From a virus (Duplodnaviria; Caudoviricetes): 64,000 bases of DNA. Made by a program: the position numbers and the translations under genes. Positions 37,621 to 46,971 of the stretch are shown here, piece by piece. The stretch spans positions 1,691 to 65,690 of the IMG/VR virus record IMGVR_UViG_3300025435_000018; one strand, written 5' to 3'. The number at the start of each line of letters is the position of its first letter. Positions within the stretch are counted from its first letter, which is position 1. The notes under the pieces were generated by a model. That model did no database searches. It was not told the DNA's origin and saw only the letters and a program-made list of their open reading frames with translations.

Positions 37621-38322
37621 TTACAACAGGCTTAGATCCTGGTCCTGCTGCTCAAGGTAAGCGTCATGTAGGGCTCGGATCAAGCCCATGTTGCGTAGTG
37701 TTTTGAATGCAAGATTTTCCACGCTGAATTCGCCACCTTGGTCCAGGCCTGCTTGTCGCATGGTGCGTAGGCGTGCAGTTAGACGTTTTAGGTCCATGGG
37801 GTCATCTGCTGTAGCAATACAACGTTCAATTTGATCCGCTAGTTCTTGCACCTTGCGTACTACCGCAGTGTCATTGACATTGGGTGTTTTGTGCTCAGGT
37901 ACCTTAAGCCACTGACCGTTGAGTACACTGTACACACCACCGCTAACAGGAGGCTCATTGATATCTTCAACATATAGTTCCGTTTCATGGTCATAAATTG
38001 TAATGTCGTGCTGATCATTCCAAATGGTTTTCTTAGCACGATAAAAAGCATCCGCTATGTCATCTGCGTTCAAGTCTCTATAGTCAGTGACCACGTGTAG
38101 ATCAAAGTCACTAAATTTTGTCCAGTTGTAGTTGGCCAAGCTGCCAGTCAGCACAATGTCCAGTACGTTAAAGTTGTCGACTTCAAGATAATCAACAAAC
38201 AACTGTGCTATTTCAAGCAGTCGTTCGCGTACTTCGGGTCGCATCGTATCACCAGTCCATGCTGCTGGGCATAGCTCATCATGATATGCTACTGTTGCTC
38301 TTACTAGGTCACTTGCTCTCAT
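37621..38322 (-). CDS. Pol-beta superfamily nucleotidyltransferase
   Basis: LTGSLANYNWTKFSDFDLH (GS..DxD); ELYVED; GEFSVENLAFK.LR. Confidence 0.85.
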   Translation of the reverse strand: MRASDLVRATVAYHDELCPAAWTGDTMRPEVRERLLEIAQLFVDYLEVDNFNVLDIVLTGSLANYNWTKFSDFDLHVVTDYRDLNADDIADAFYRAKKTIWNDQHDITIYDHETELYVEDINEPPVSGGVYSVLNGQWLKVPEHKTPNVNDTAVVRKVQELADQIERCIATADDPMDLKRLTARLRTMRQAGLDQGGEFSVENLAFKTLRNMGLIRALHDAYLEQQDQDLSLL

Positions 38323-38867
38323 AGTTGTGGATTTCCAAATACTGTTTCTTTAATCTGTTGGCCAGTGGGTAATCTGCGTATATAGGTCATGTGGTCGACC
38401 ATGGTCAAGTCATCATCATTAAATAGTCTACGCAACAGGGCCACATCAGTGACTGGTTCAAGTTCACGGCTCAAAATATGACGCATGGCATCACTGCTTT
38501 CAATCCACCAACCCGTGCGCTGTAGCATTTGTTTTACCTTGCCAATGGCCTGTTGCTTGCTGGCGCTTTGTGCATCATGCCCAATGCCCTGTATTTTAAA
38601 ACCACGCCAAGTTTCGCCTGAGCGAGCTGCTCTAAAGAACACAGTTGAATCAACGCCAGGATCACGATCCCAATCCAACACTTCCCAATCACTTGGTATT
38701 ACATCTTTGAGACTGTTGACAAAACTGCCCTGCGGAGTATTGCTGTAGGCCTGCTGCACAAGATCAATTAGGTTATCGCCTAGCTCGTGTTTGTCTGCGC
38801 TGCTGACAATCAACTCCCAAGAGTTTTTGGATAAGTCGGCTTCGGTAACGAATTCAATGGCTCTCAT
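38319..38867 (-). CDS. hypothetical protein (possible GNAT-like fold; head-protein-type N-terminus)
   Basis: Start moved to MRAIEFVTEA. Confidence 0.7.
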   Translation of the reverse strand: MRAIEFVTEADLSKNSWELIVSSADKHELGDNLIDLVQQAYSNTPQGSFVNSLKDVIPSDWEVLDWDRDPGVDSTVFFRAARSGETWRGFKIQGIGHDAQSASKQQAIGKVKQMLQRTGWWIESSDAMRHILSRELEPVTDVALLRRLFNDDDLTMVDHMTYIRRLPTGQQIKETVFGNPQL

Positions 38868-39229
38868 TTTTGTTCCCAAACTCTTACATCTTTGCCGCGG
38901 TGCTTGTTCCAAAATCCTGCGCCAGCATCGGTTTGATCATAGCTACGATGAATCTCGTAACCCTTGCTTTTTGCATAATCGTACATGACCCGAGCAATGC
39001 CCTGGCCTTGATATCTTTCATCAACTTTTAAGTCTTGTGGATCTAGATCATTGTCATCGCCAATGTTAAAAGCCACCGAACCCAAAATGTTATTACCCCA
39101 ATCATCAAGTGCATGGATTACTAGCACATGACCATTCTTGATCATCTCAATGGTCATGCCCTCAAACTCTTCTCGTGTTGATTTGGCTTCTGTGATGATT
39201 TCAGTGATTATGACTTCGTTTATTTTCAT
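38864..39229 (-). CDS. GNAT acetyltransferase
   Basis: VDERYQGQGIARVMY; QTDAGAGFW. Confidence 0.85.
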   Translation of the reverse strand: MKINEVIITEIITEAKSTREEFEGMTIEMIKNGHVLVIHALDDWGNNILGSVAFNIGDDNDLDPQDLKVDERYQGQGIARVMYDYAKSKGYEIHRSYDQTDAGAGFWNKHRGKDVRVWEQK

Positions 39230-39735
39230 TTGGTCCACAACAATAGGTTATATGTGCCGCGGTCACTGGCGTATGGTTCACCTGTAACTCTAAAGCCGGC
39301 AAATTTTAATATGGTATTGATAACTGTGTTTTGCTCGCGTGTTGTAGCAAATACTTGAGCAGGCATACGATTTCGCATTGCACCTAATAGACGAACACTA
39401 ACACCACTGGTTCTATGTGCTGGGTCTACAAAAGCATATCCAACTTCAAGATTGTAGTTGCGTTCTTGTTCAGGTACACCTGCTTTGTCAAATACACGTT
39501 GTTTATACTGTGGGTTTGGTACTTTAAGAACCACGGCACCGACCATTTGTCCGTTAACACTGGCACTGGCAATCATGGGAGATCTTGACAAATTTTGCTG
39601 CACCAGGCTCATGTTGACTTCGCCACCTTGTGCTATCAGATTGGCAATCTGTTCAAGCTCTTGGGCTGTGTAAGCTGAACTAGGCTCAACTCGAACGTTA
39701 GAGTCAACAGATTCTGTTAGTTCAATTATTTTCAT
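39226..39735 (-). CDS. GNAT acetyltransferase
   Basis: EVGYAFVDPAHRTSGVS; N...LKFAGF. Confidence 0.8.
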   Translation of the reverse strand: MKIIELTESVDSNVRVEPSSAYTAQELEQIANLIAQGGEVNMSLVQQNLSRSPMIASASVNGQMVGAVVLKVPNPQYKQRVFDKAGVPEQERNYNLEVGYAFVDPAHRTSGVSVRLLGAMRNRMPAQVFATTREQNTVINTILKFAGFRVTGEPYASDRGTYNLLLWTK

Positions 39736-41885
39736 CAATCATCACCCATAATTGGATAGACTGCAATGTCACTCATGTCGGCACCTTCGGGACCATTGTC
39801 TCTTAACCATTGGTCTGCTACTCGGTTGGCATCTGCCTGACTGTTGCCTACTCCACTGAATCTGTATAATTCTTGACCAGTGCTGTCATCAACTACCCGC
39901 CAGGCACCAGTGAACTCGCCTTGTGCTCGACGTTGCTGTCGGTCTACTGTTGAACCTGGTACGGGTGCGGTGGGCTCAATTTCAGGGAACAGGTTGATAT
40001 CGCCCACTGGTTCTTGTGTGGGTTCAATCTCACGTACTTCAATATCGGTACGCATAGTAGGGCGTGAGGCACGTTGCTGTTCAATCCATTGTTCAGCAGC
40101 CTCGCGACTTGGGAATCTATACAATGGTACCCCGGCACCTCTTGCATACCATCCAGGTAGGTTAGCAAAACGATTGTTGCCATTGACCCAAATGCCCCAG
40201 TTGCCCTGTGTTTGTGCTGGTTGTGCTGCTGGTTGTTGTGTTGCAGCCACTGAGTGCAATGACACATCAACGATGTTGCGGAATCTGCTGGGATACTGCT
40301 CACGTGCCATCTGCATGGCTTGGTTAGGATTACGTGCTTGGAACATCATGGCATAGCCACTGGCGTCTTTGACATCGTAGTATTGCAGGCCTTCTTCACC
40401 ACCATCCTTATTGGGATCGCGTTCTCGCTGTGCTTGACGTACAAAACTCTTGAGTGCTGCCTGTGGAATCTCACCAGCAACATATCGGGCAAAGTATTCA
40501 ATGGTGCTCTTGTCACCGCTGGGCGCCAACAGTTTGTACAGTTTCTTCAAGTAGTCTTGTTTGTATTTGTTTTCATCAATAGCAGCATCTAAGGCCACAA
40601 CAAAACGCAACAAGGTTGGTTCAATCTTGTTGTAGAAGTCGTTTAGCCAATCACCGCCGGGACTGCGAAACTCAATATAACCGTCTTTGGTATTGATACT
40701 GGTGTACTTGTCGGTGGTACCTGCATGTATGGCCTTGCTGGCAGCAACATTGACATGTTCTTTCATCTTGTCCAATGCTTCTCGGGCTGTATGCGGATTA
40801 CGTTTAATGGTGTCTTTGATGATGCCCAAGGCGCTCTTACAATAGGTATTGCTGAGTCGGTCAAATTCTCGTAACACATATTCATCGCCCATCAACAAGG
40901 CCAACTTGACATAGTCAAGTTTGGCTAGTGTGTAACCTTGAACGCTGACATTGATGTGTAGGCCTGTGTTGTAGTCAGCTCCGGTATAGCAGCCTTCACT
41001 CTTGGCCCACTGTTTGACTTTTTGTAAGTCACTTAACAGTTCACCAATGGGCAAGGGTGGGCTAACAAACTCTAGGCCAGTGTCGCCCGGATTGCTGGCT
41101 TCAAGACTGCTGTCGGGTTCAACCACATAGTGACCTTCTTCACGACGAGCACTGTGATAGCTGGTGGCAGCATTTACTGGGCGGCCAATGGCACGACTAA
41201 AATCGTCAGCTATGTCTTCGGGCGAGCGCCCATCACCGCTGCTGCTGGGACTGGTATAATAGGGCCATGTGATGTCATAGTTGTTGGCAATGTTTGTCAT
41301 GCGACGATAGCCTGAGTCCTGTAACCATTCACTGTCATCGTGGTCCTCGCGATATTCTTCGTCAAATTCTTCACGGGCGCTATCATAATAGCTGTTGTTT
41401 TCTTCGTAACTCTTTTGAGCCAACTTGGCGTATTCTTCAGAGCCAACATCAGGATAGTCGCCATCCTCATTTGCTTCAATGCCCAATTCGTCACAGACTT
41501 CATCGTCACTGAGATTTTCTTTTAGATATTTGAGTAGGTATTCAAACCCACTGTGTTCCCAGGCCTCATCAAGGTGTTCTTGTTGCCATGAGTAGAAATC
41601 TTCTTCCATGCTCTGACGTAGCCGATCAATTTCTCTGCGTCCGTTCATATCGCCGTCATGAAAGAACTCGCAAATGTCATCAATGCTTCTAGCACGTTCG
41701 TCCATGTCGTAGTCGGGTTCACTTTCAAAATCTTCCTCGGAACCTTCTGCGTTGGGCACAATCATTTCAAATTCCATGCCTGCCCGAGCATTGATCTTGC
41801 TAGCCAACTGACGCAGGCTGGTGGGACTCATATTGACTTCTGTTAGAGTCTGTTCAACAACTGGTTTAATCTGTTTATAACGCAT
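39735..41885 (-). CDS. putative amidoligase (COOH-NH2 ligase type 2) with acidic insert and C-terminal modules
   Basis: GMEFE, DSSL, GLEFVSPP, TGLHINVS, KYTSIN, IEFRSPG. Confidence 0.85.
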   Translation of the reverse strand: MRYKQIKPVVEQTLTEVNMSPTSLRQLASKINARAGMEFEMIVPNAEGSEEDFESEPDYDMDERARSIDDICEFFHDGDMNGRREIDRLRQSMEEDFYSWQQEHLDEAWEHSGFEYLLKYLKENLSDDEVCDELGIEANEDGDYPDVGSEEYAKLAQKSYEENNSYYDSAREEFDEEYREDHDDSEWLQDSGYRRMTNIANNYDITWPYYTSPSSSGDGRSPEDIADDFSRAIGRPVNAATSYHSARREEGHYVVEPDSSLEASNPGDTGLEFVSPPLPIGELLSDLQKVKQWAKSEGCYTGADYNTGLHINVSVQGYTLAKLDYVKLALLMGDEYVLREFDRLSNTYCKSALGIIKDTIKRNPHTAREALDKMKEHVNVAASKAIHAGTTDKYTSINTKDGYIEFRSPGGDWLNDFYNKIEPTLLRFVVALDAAIDENKYKQDYLKKLYKLLAPSGDKSTIEYFARYVAGEIPQAALKSFVRQAQRERDPNKDGGEEGLQYYDVKDASGYAMMFQARNPNQAMQMAREQYPSRFRNIVDVSLHSVAATQQPAAQPAQTQGNWGIWVNGNNRFANLPGWYARGAGVPLYRFPSREAAEQWIEQQRASRPTMRTDIEVREIEPTQEPVGDINLFPEIEPTAPVPGSTVDRQQRRAQGEFTGAWRVVDDSTGQELYRFSGVGNSQADANRVADQWLRDNGPEGADMSDIAVYPIMGDD

Positions 41886-41942
41886 ATGAAAAAAGGGTAT
41901 ATTTTACTATACCCTTATTTATGCTGCTATGAGTGTAGCAGG

Positions 41943-42770
41943 TTAATCGGTGCTTGCGTTAGCTCCGCACTTTTGACGTTTGCTGTTGGTCAGCGCACCA
42001 AAGTCCACTTTCCATTCAGCGCCCGGAGCAAGTTCTCGTGTGCCTGCTGGCAATGCGTAGGCAACTCCGGCTTGTTGTTCAATCTGAGCAATTGGCATAC
42101 GGAATTTAGTTAGATCATTACCCAAGTTAGGATAAGGAGCGGTGTGCGGGAACATCCAACCAGCTGCTTCGCCAGTTTGATTGTTTACAACGATCTTGTA
42201 GAAAGCGTGTGGAACTACAACACCTTTACCGATTGTTTTGTCGCCTGCACCATAAACGCCGCCAGCTACAACCCAATACGATTGGTTACGTTGGAAAGCC
42301 CAGCCACGTACTGACGTTTCAAGCAGTTTCCAAATACCACGATTCAATGAACCAGCTTGTGGGCTCATGTTGGTCATCAAGAACGATTCAAACTCTACTT
42401 GAACATCCCACGAAAGGTCGCCATCGGGTGCCATGTGTCCTTTGTCGTATCCTGTAGCGGCGTAGTCGCCAGGTACGGCTCCATTAGGAACAAACTGATT
42501 GGCAGCAAAAGCATTAGTACGAGCAACACAGCCCAGAGCATTTTGTGGTAGTAGTTCATACATTACAAACCTTGGTAGTTTGGCAGCGGCATCATAGCCA
42601 ACTAGATATGCCTGTTGACATAGGGGTTGGATCTGGCCTTGTACTTGTGGGAAACCATATGGGGCATGTGCCTTACATTGGTCGACTGGGAACGGTGGAC
42701 GTTGATTCCATGCCATCGCGCCTGATGCGAAGCCAAGGGTCAACATGAATATTGCAAATAATTTTCTCAT
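41943..42770 (-). CDS. secreted DNA/RNA non-specific endonuclease (NucA/EndA family)
   Basis: Signal peptide (AMA|W); YDKGHMAP, NMSPQ..LNRG.W..LE. Confidence 0.93.
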   Translation of the reverse strand: MRKLFAIFMLTLGFASGAMAWNQRPPFPVDQCKAHAPYGFPQVQGQIQPLCQQAYLVGYDAAAKLPRFVMYELLPQNALGCVARTNAFAANQFVPNGAVPGDYAATGYDKGHMAPDGDLSWDVQVEFESFLMTNMSPQAGSLNRGIWKLLETSVRGWAFQRNQSYWVVAGGVYGAGDKTIGKGVVVPHAFYKIVVNNQTGEAAGWMFPHTAPYPNLGNDLTKFRMPIAQIEQQAGVAYALPAGTRELAPGAEWKVDFGALTNSKRQKCGANASTD

Positions 42771-42794
42771 CGAAAATCTCCTGTTAATGTATTT

Positions 42795-43772
42795 TTATTT
42801 ATGGTAGGGCACCAGTGCAGGGATACGTTTAATGCCTGCTGCCCGTGCCGCTGTCACACGATGGTTGCCGTCAAGAACCCAACCTTGATCATCTGCTACA
42901 ACAGGCTTGTTCTTGATGTCCTTGCGTGTAATGTGACTGATGTGATCCCAGTCTAGATCAATGATGCGACGATAGCGATCATCTTGATCATACTTTTCAG
43001 GGCTGCTGAGATCATGTGTAGGCACCATGCGTAAGACCCAGGCCTTGTGATCCTTAATAGGCTTGTCTAGACTATAGCCGTCGACGTGTACACCCTTAAC
43101 ATAGTCAAGTACATCTCGGCTGGTGTAGAGTCGTTTAGTTAGATCCAGTCCGTGATCGTAACTTTCATCCATGTTCTGCTCAAGTTCTCGTTGTAGAATG
43201 GCCAGTGGCATCTTATAAGTGCGTCTAAATTTGCCGTGTAGTGCGGCATGTAGTTGTTTTAGCGCACGATCACATTCCGCATCACTGTACAAGATACCAA
43301 TGCCGCCATTGGCTTCCCACAAGTGAATATTGGTTTCGTAGTCGTCGATCAAGATATTGGGCGTACCGTCGGCCTGCTTGGCAAACTTGAACTTCTCGTG
43401 ATCAAATAGCACCGCACGTGGTGCGTTTTTTCTTAGATGTTTTTGTAGCCACTGGCTTTTTTCACGGCTGCTTTGTTCAACGCAACTCAGCATGGGACTG
43501 CTTAAGATGTTGTACTCGCCGCGCAACTTCATTACACCATTGATCAACTTGCCTGCGTTGGGCAAGGGTTTTAAGTGTAGGAAGTAGCCAGGCTTGCTGG
43601 CAAGTTTATCAATTTTGCCACCACCGGCAGCACGTTGTCGACGGGCCTTGCGCCAGTTGGTGACGCCGTGGTGTTTGGCTACAGGTCCAAAGAAGTCTGC
43701 AAGCACACCGTCCATGTCAACATAAACTTCAGGTCGGGCTGCATAATCGTTGGTGTATTCAAATAATTTCAT
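42795..43772 (-). CDS. HAD 5'(3')-nucleotidase fused to a ParB/Srx-like domain
   Basis: VYVDMDGVLADF, ILSSP, LIDD; C-terminal PVV....VLDGNHRVTAA. Confidence 0.85.
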   Translation of the reverse strand: MKLFEYTNDYAARPEVYVDMDGVLADFFGPVAKHHGVTNWRKARRQRAAGGGKIDKLASKPGYFLHLKPLPNAGKLINGVMKLRGEYNILSSPMLSCVEQSSREKSQWLQKHLRKNAPRAVLFDHEKFKFAKQADGTPNILIDDYETNIHLWEANGGIGILYSDAECDRALKQLHAALHGKFRRTYKMPLAILQRELEQNMDESYDHGLDLTKRLYTSRDVLDYVKGVHVDGYSLDKPIKDHKAWVLRMVPTHDLSSPEKYDQDDRYRRIIDLDWDHISHITRKDIKNKPVVADDQGWVLDGNHRVTAARAAGIKRIPALVPYHK

Positions 43773-43797
43773 CGTACAGTATTTATAACTGTACTGA

Positions 43798-44355
43798 TTA
43801 TCCGTATACTTCGTCTAGATATGGGACCATGCGCTGCAACATCATGCGGTATACGTTGCGATTGCGTATGATGACTTCTTCTGTAATAGTATGCAGATCA
43901 GCTGGGGACAAGGGCATTTTGGTTTCAGTCTCGCCTGCTTCACTGTGCAGTTTCATACCGTGCTTGGTACACAAATGCTTGATGGGTTGATTCCATTGTA
44001 GGCAGTGCATATACAAACTATGATAGCCGCGATTACGTGCCCATAACACAGCTTCTTTCAGCATACGATCAGCAATGCCGCGTCCACGATGTTCTCGATC
44101 AACAATGACCCCGAACTCAACTTCATCAATGGCAGTCTCGGCAATGTGGATTGTACCAATCCATGCACCACGATATTCTGCTACCAGGAAGTGATGTTCG
44201 CGGGCGTTGTCTTTGATTCCTTTAACCAAATGATCAATGCTGTCATCGTTTTGAGGAACACCAAAATAGGTTTGTCGAGTTTCAAAATCCAGCTGCTTGA
44301 GCCAGGCAGCATACTGCCCGTATTCACTGGTGTGTAGGAATCGTGTTGTAATCAT
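43798..44355 (-). CDS. GNAT acetyltransferase
   Basis: EFGVIVDREHRGRGIA..ML...ARNRG...CL..N. Confidence 0.88.
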   Translation of the reverse strand: MITTRFLHTSEYGQYAAWLKQLDFETRQTYFGVPQNDDSIDHLVKGIKDNAREHHFLVAEYRGAWIGTIHIAETAIDEVEFGVIVDREHRGRGIADRMLKEAVLWARNRGYHSLYMHCLQWNQPIKHLCTKHGMKLHSEAGETETKMPLSPADLHTITEEVIIRNRNVYRMMLQRMVPYLDEVYG

Positions 44356-44528
44356 GATGTTAACACAAGATAAGTGACTACAACAACAATACCCACAAGG
44401 GCAAGTTTGGGTCCTAGGTCTTGTCGTGTAAACATATTAATACCAGTATTGGCCTCGTTTGATCATTTCTCTTGCTCGTAGGTCCTGCACTTCTACAATG
44501 AATTCCCAGGCTGCTCGTAAGTATTTAC

Positions 44529-44690
44529 TCATAGTGCCCAGTCTTTCTTGTGTTGATCGTAGTGACGAATCCAATATTCAACTTCGCTTGTGGTTTGTGG
44601 GTGCTTGCTTGCTACGAAATATTCCACGCTGTCTTGGTAAGACTTGTCTTCGAATAGACTTTTGATCCATCCAACTAGTGCTGTAAACAT
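44529..44690 (-). CDS. 53-aa protein (possibly DUF3563-like)
   Basis: Not in ORF track; AAGGAG SD; followed by ORFs 44437-44532 (31 aa) and 44352-44435 (27 aa). Confidence 0.6.
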   Translation of the reverse strand: MFTALVGWIKSLFEDKSYQDSVEYFVASKHPQTTSEVEYWIRHYDQHKKDWAL

Positions 44691-44773
44691 AATGTTTCTC
44701 CTTTGTGTGTATACTAGTGATTATACTAATATATTTACCTAATGTAAAGAGAATCATTATGGTTTCTACTTAG

Positions 44774-44980
44774 TCACTTTAGCCATTTCAAGTTGAGGTA
44801 TGTGGCAAGATGCTCGTCATGGCATTCAAAGACAGCATATTCCTGTTCGCCTGCATAGCTATCTCCCGGATGCCAGGCCCAAGTAAAATCTTGATCCATG
44901 ACATAGCCAAGACTTTTTATGTCCTGCACTATGTCAAGAATGTCGTTCACACTGTTCTTGTAGATCACAACTGTGGTCAC
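44774..44980 (-). CDS. small protein, FxL[KR]W-terminal family
   Basis: [19 protein letters not shown]. Confidence 0.72.
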   Translation of the reverse strand: MTTVVIYKNSVNDILDIVQDIKSLGYVMDQDFTWAWHPGDSYAGEQEYAVFECHDEHLATYLNLKWLK

Positions 44981-45600
44981 GGACGTTTAGCAACAACCTG
45001 ATCAGCTAGCCCATATGCCACTGCTTCTTCGGCGCTCAAGAAAGTGTCAAACTTCATGTCGCCAAACAGTTCGTCGTAGGTTTTGCCCGCTGTATTGTGC
45101 TTGACGTAGAGTTCAGTTAAGCGTTGATTGATACGAACTGACTCATCAAATGCACGTTTTGCGTCTTCAAATTGCAGTTCTTGCACATGAACTGAACCAC
45201 GTGTGCCTGGAGTACCACTACTGACACGGTGAATCATTGTACGTGATTCTGGAAGTACTAGGCGTTTGCCTGCTGTGCCTGCTTGGGCAAGGAAGCTGCC
45301 CATGCTACAGGCCTGCCCCAATACAATGGTGCTGACATCAGGGCGAATGAATTGCATAGTATCGTAGATTGCCAAACCAGCAGTGACTGAACCACCGGGG
45401 CTGTTAATGTAGAATAGAATATCGGCATTGGGGTCTTCGCTTTCTAAAAAGAGCATTTGGGCAACAATGAGGCTGGCGCTGTGTTCGTTGACATCAGTGT
45501 CCAGCATGACAATACGATCCTTTAGCAAACGACTGTAGATGTCGTAAGCACGTTCACCATTTGATGTTTTTTCAAGGACTGTGGGGACGAAATTGGGCAT
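44977..45600 (-). CDS. clpP: ATP-dependent Clp protease proteolytic subunit
   Basis: [24 protein letters not shown] (Ser), MIH (His), AEEA..YGL.D. Confidence 0.97.
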   Translation of the reverse strand: MPNFVPTVLEKTSNGERAYDIYSRLLKDRIVMLDTDVNEHSASLIVAQMLFLESEDPNADILFYINSPGGSVTAGLAIYDTMQFIRPDVSTIVLGQACSMGSFLAQAGTAGKRLVLPESRTMIHRVSSGTPGTRGSVHVQELQFEDAKRAFDESVRINQRLTELYVKHNTAGKTYDELFGDMKFDTFLSAEEAVAYGLADQVVAKRP

Positions 45601-45655
45601 TGTTTTCCTACAATAGTTAATGTGCTACTATTATAGCGGAAAACAAATCACGTGT

Positions 45656-46153
45656 CTAGCATTTAGAAAAATCTTGGTAAAGAAACCATTTGCGCTGTCT
45701 AAAAAAGGTTTTGAGATTTAGCCCATAATAGTCAAATTCTTCGCGCCAAGCAAAAAAATTTGGACCATGCCCGGCGCTGACTACATTCATTTCTCTACCG
45801 TACTCGTCTAGGTGATCCCAGCGATAAACGTCCCACTGCCACTGATGTATCATCTCGTGTGCAAGTGTGTTCATGAACCATTGTGGACAGAACCATTTGT
45901 CGGCTAGCCAAATATCGCATTGTGTACCGGGACTTTTCTCTCCATAGTACCAACCACACATTCCCCAAGCCGGTCCCAAGCGTCCAGTGGTGATTTTGGG
46001 TTTGCGTAGCTGATTGCGAAATACGTGTCTATTGATTATGTTGTAGGCGTAAGTGATATCCGCAGCACTAGGACGGAACTCTTTGCGGCGTTGACTGGTG
46101 ATACTGGGAAGTTCAGCCTCCATTATTGATCGAATTGGATTTGGTCTCGCCAT
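45656..46153 (-). CDS. SprT-like zinc metalloprotease
   Basis: TLAHEMIH, GHGPNF. Confidence 0.85.
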   Translation of the reverse strand: MARPNPIRSIMEAELPSITSQRRKEFRPSAADITYAYNIINRHVFRNQLRKPKITTGRLGPAWGMCGWYYGEKSPGTQCDIWLADKWFCPQWFMNTLAHEMIHQWQWDVYRWDHLDEYGREMNVVSAGHGPNFFAWREEFDYYGLNLKTFFRQRKWFLYQDFSKC

Positions 46154-46210
46154 AGAAAAACCCTCGCTACGGTATTTAAGTACCGTACGAGGGCTGGTTA
46201 ACTACGCTGT

Positions 46211-46924
46211 TTATTGTGCTTGGAGTGTGGTCTGTCCGATCACAGCACCGGGCTTTTGTAGGGCCTCATCACGTTTGCGCTTGTATTCAGCATTGTCTAC
46301 GTTGAGTAGAGTAATACCTTCAACACGGCTCTGTGGAGCTTCGCTAACCGGGGCACGTGCCTTGTCGTTCAACTCATCAAGTTCTTTGAACTCTTTGCGA
46401 GCATCGCTGTCAATTTGTTGATCTTGAGCACGGCGTTGCTGTCTCAAGGTAACTTTGTTTTTGTCGCCTAGGGGCAAGGCAACCAACACAAAGGCATGAT
46501 AGCGTCCGTTTTCAAGAATGATTTGACTACGGTCCACACGACTGCCTGCTACACTGACATCAGCACAGAAGTTTCGAATAGCAGTAGTTGAAGTGCTCTT
46601 GCTGCCAGTTTCAGTGTCTTGTCGGTAGATCTTTGTTTGACTACGAACAGTACCACCTGCACCTTGACAAATACCTTCAAAGGCATTTGCACGAGCATTG
46701 CCCAGCGCACCACTGGCGCTGCCACTGACACCATCGCCTACTGCGTAGAGATGATCTTCGTCATTGGGCACACTTGTAAACCAATCGGGAATACCGTTGG
46801 GGTTAACAGGTGCAGCCACCTGTACAGGTTGTGCTGTGGGCTGTGGTGCCAAGACAGTCTGGGGCTTAGTTGAACTACAGGCAGCAAGACCTGCTACGGC
46901 AAAAACGACTAACAGTTTACGCAT
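46211..46924 (-). CDS. LPP20-like lipoprotein
   Basis: Lipobox LAAC; PDWF...LYAVG.G.S; start moved to MRKLL. Confidence 0.75.
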   Translation of the reverse strand: MRKLLVVFAVAGLAACSSTKPQTVLAPQPTAQPVQVAAPVNPNGIPDWFTSVPNDEDHLYAVGDGVSGSASGALGNARANAFEGICQGAGGTVRSQTKIYRQDTETGSKSTSTTAIRNFCADVSVAGSRVDRSQIILENGRYHAFVLVALPLGDKNKVTLRQQRRAQDQQIDSDARKEFKELDELNDKARAPVSEAPQSRVEGITLLNVDNAEYKRKRDEALQKPGAVIGQTTLQAQ

Positions 46925-46971
46925 GATTACTCCTTTGCGTGGGTTACAAAAATTACAGTTTAACACTGATT

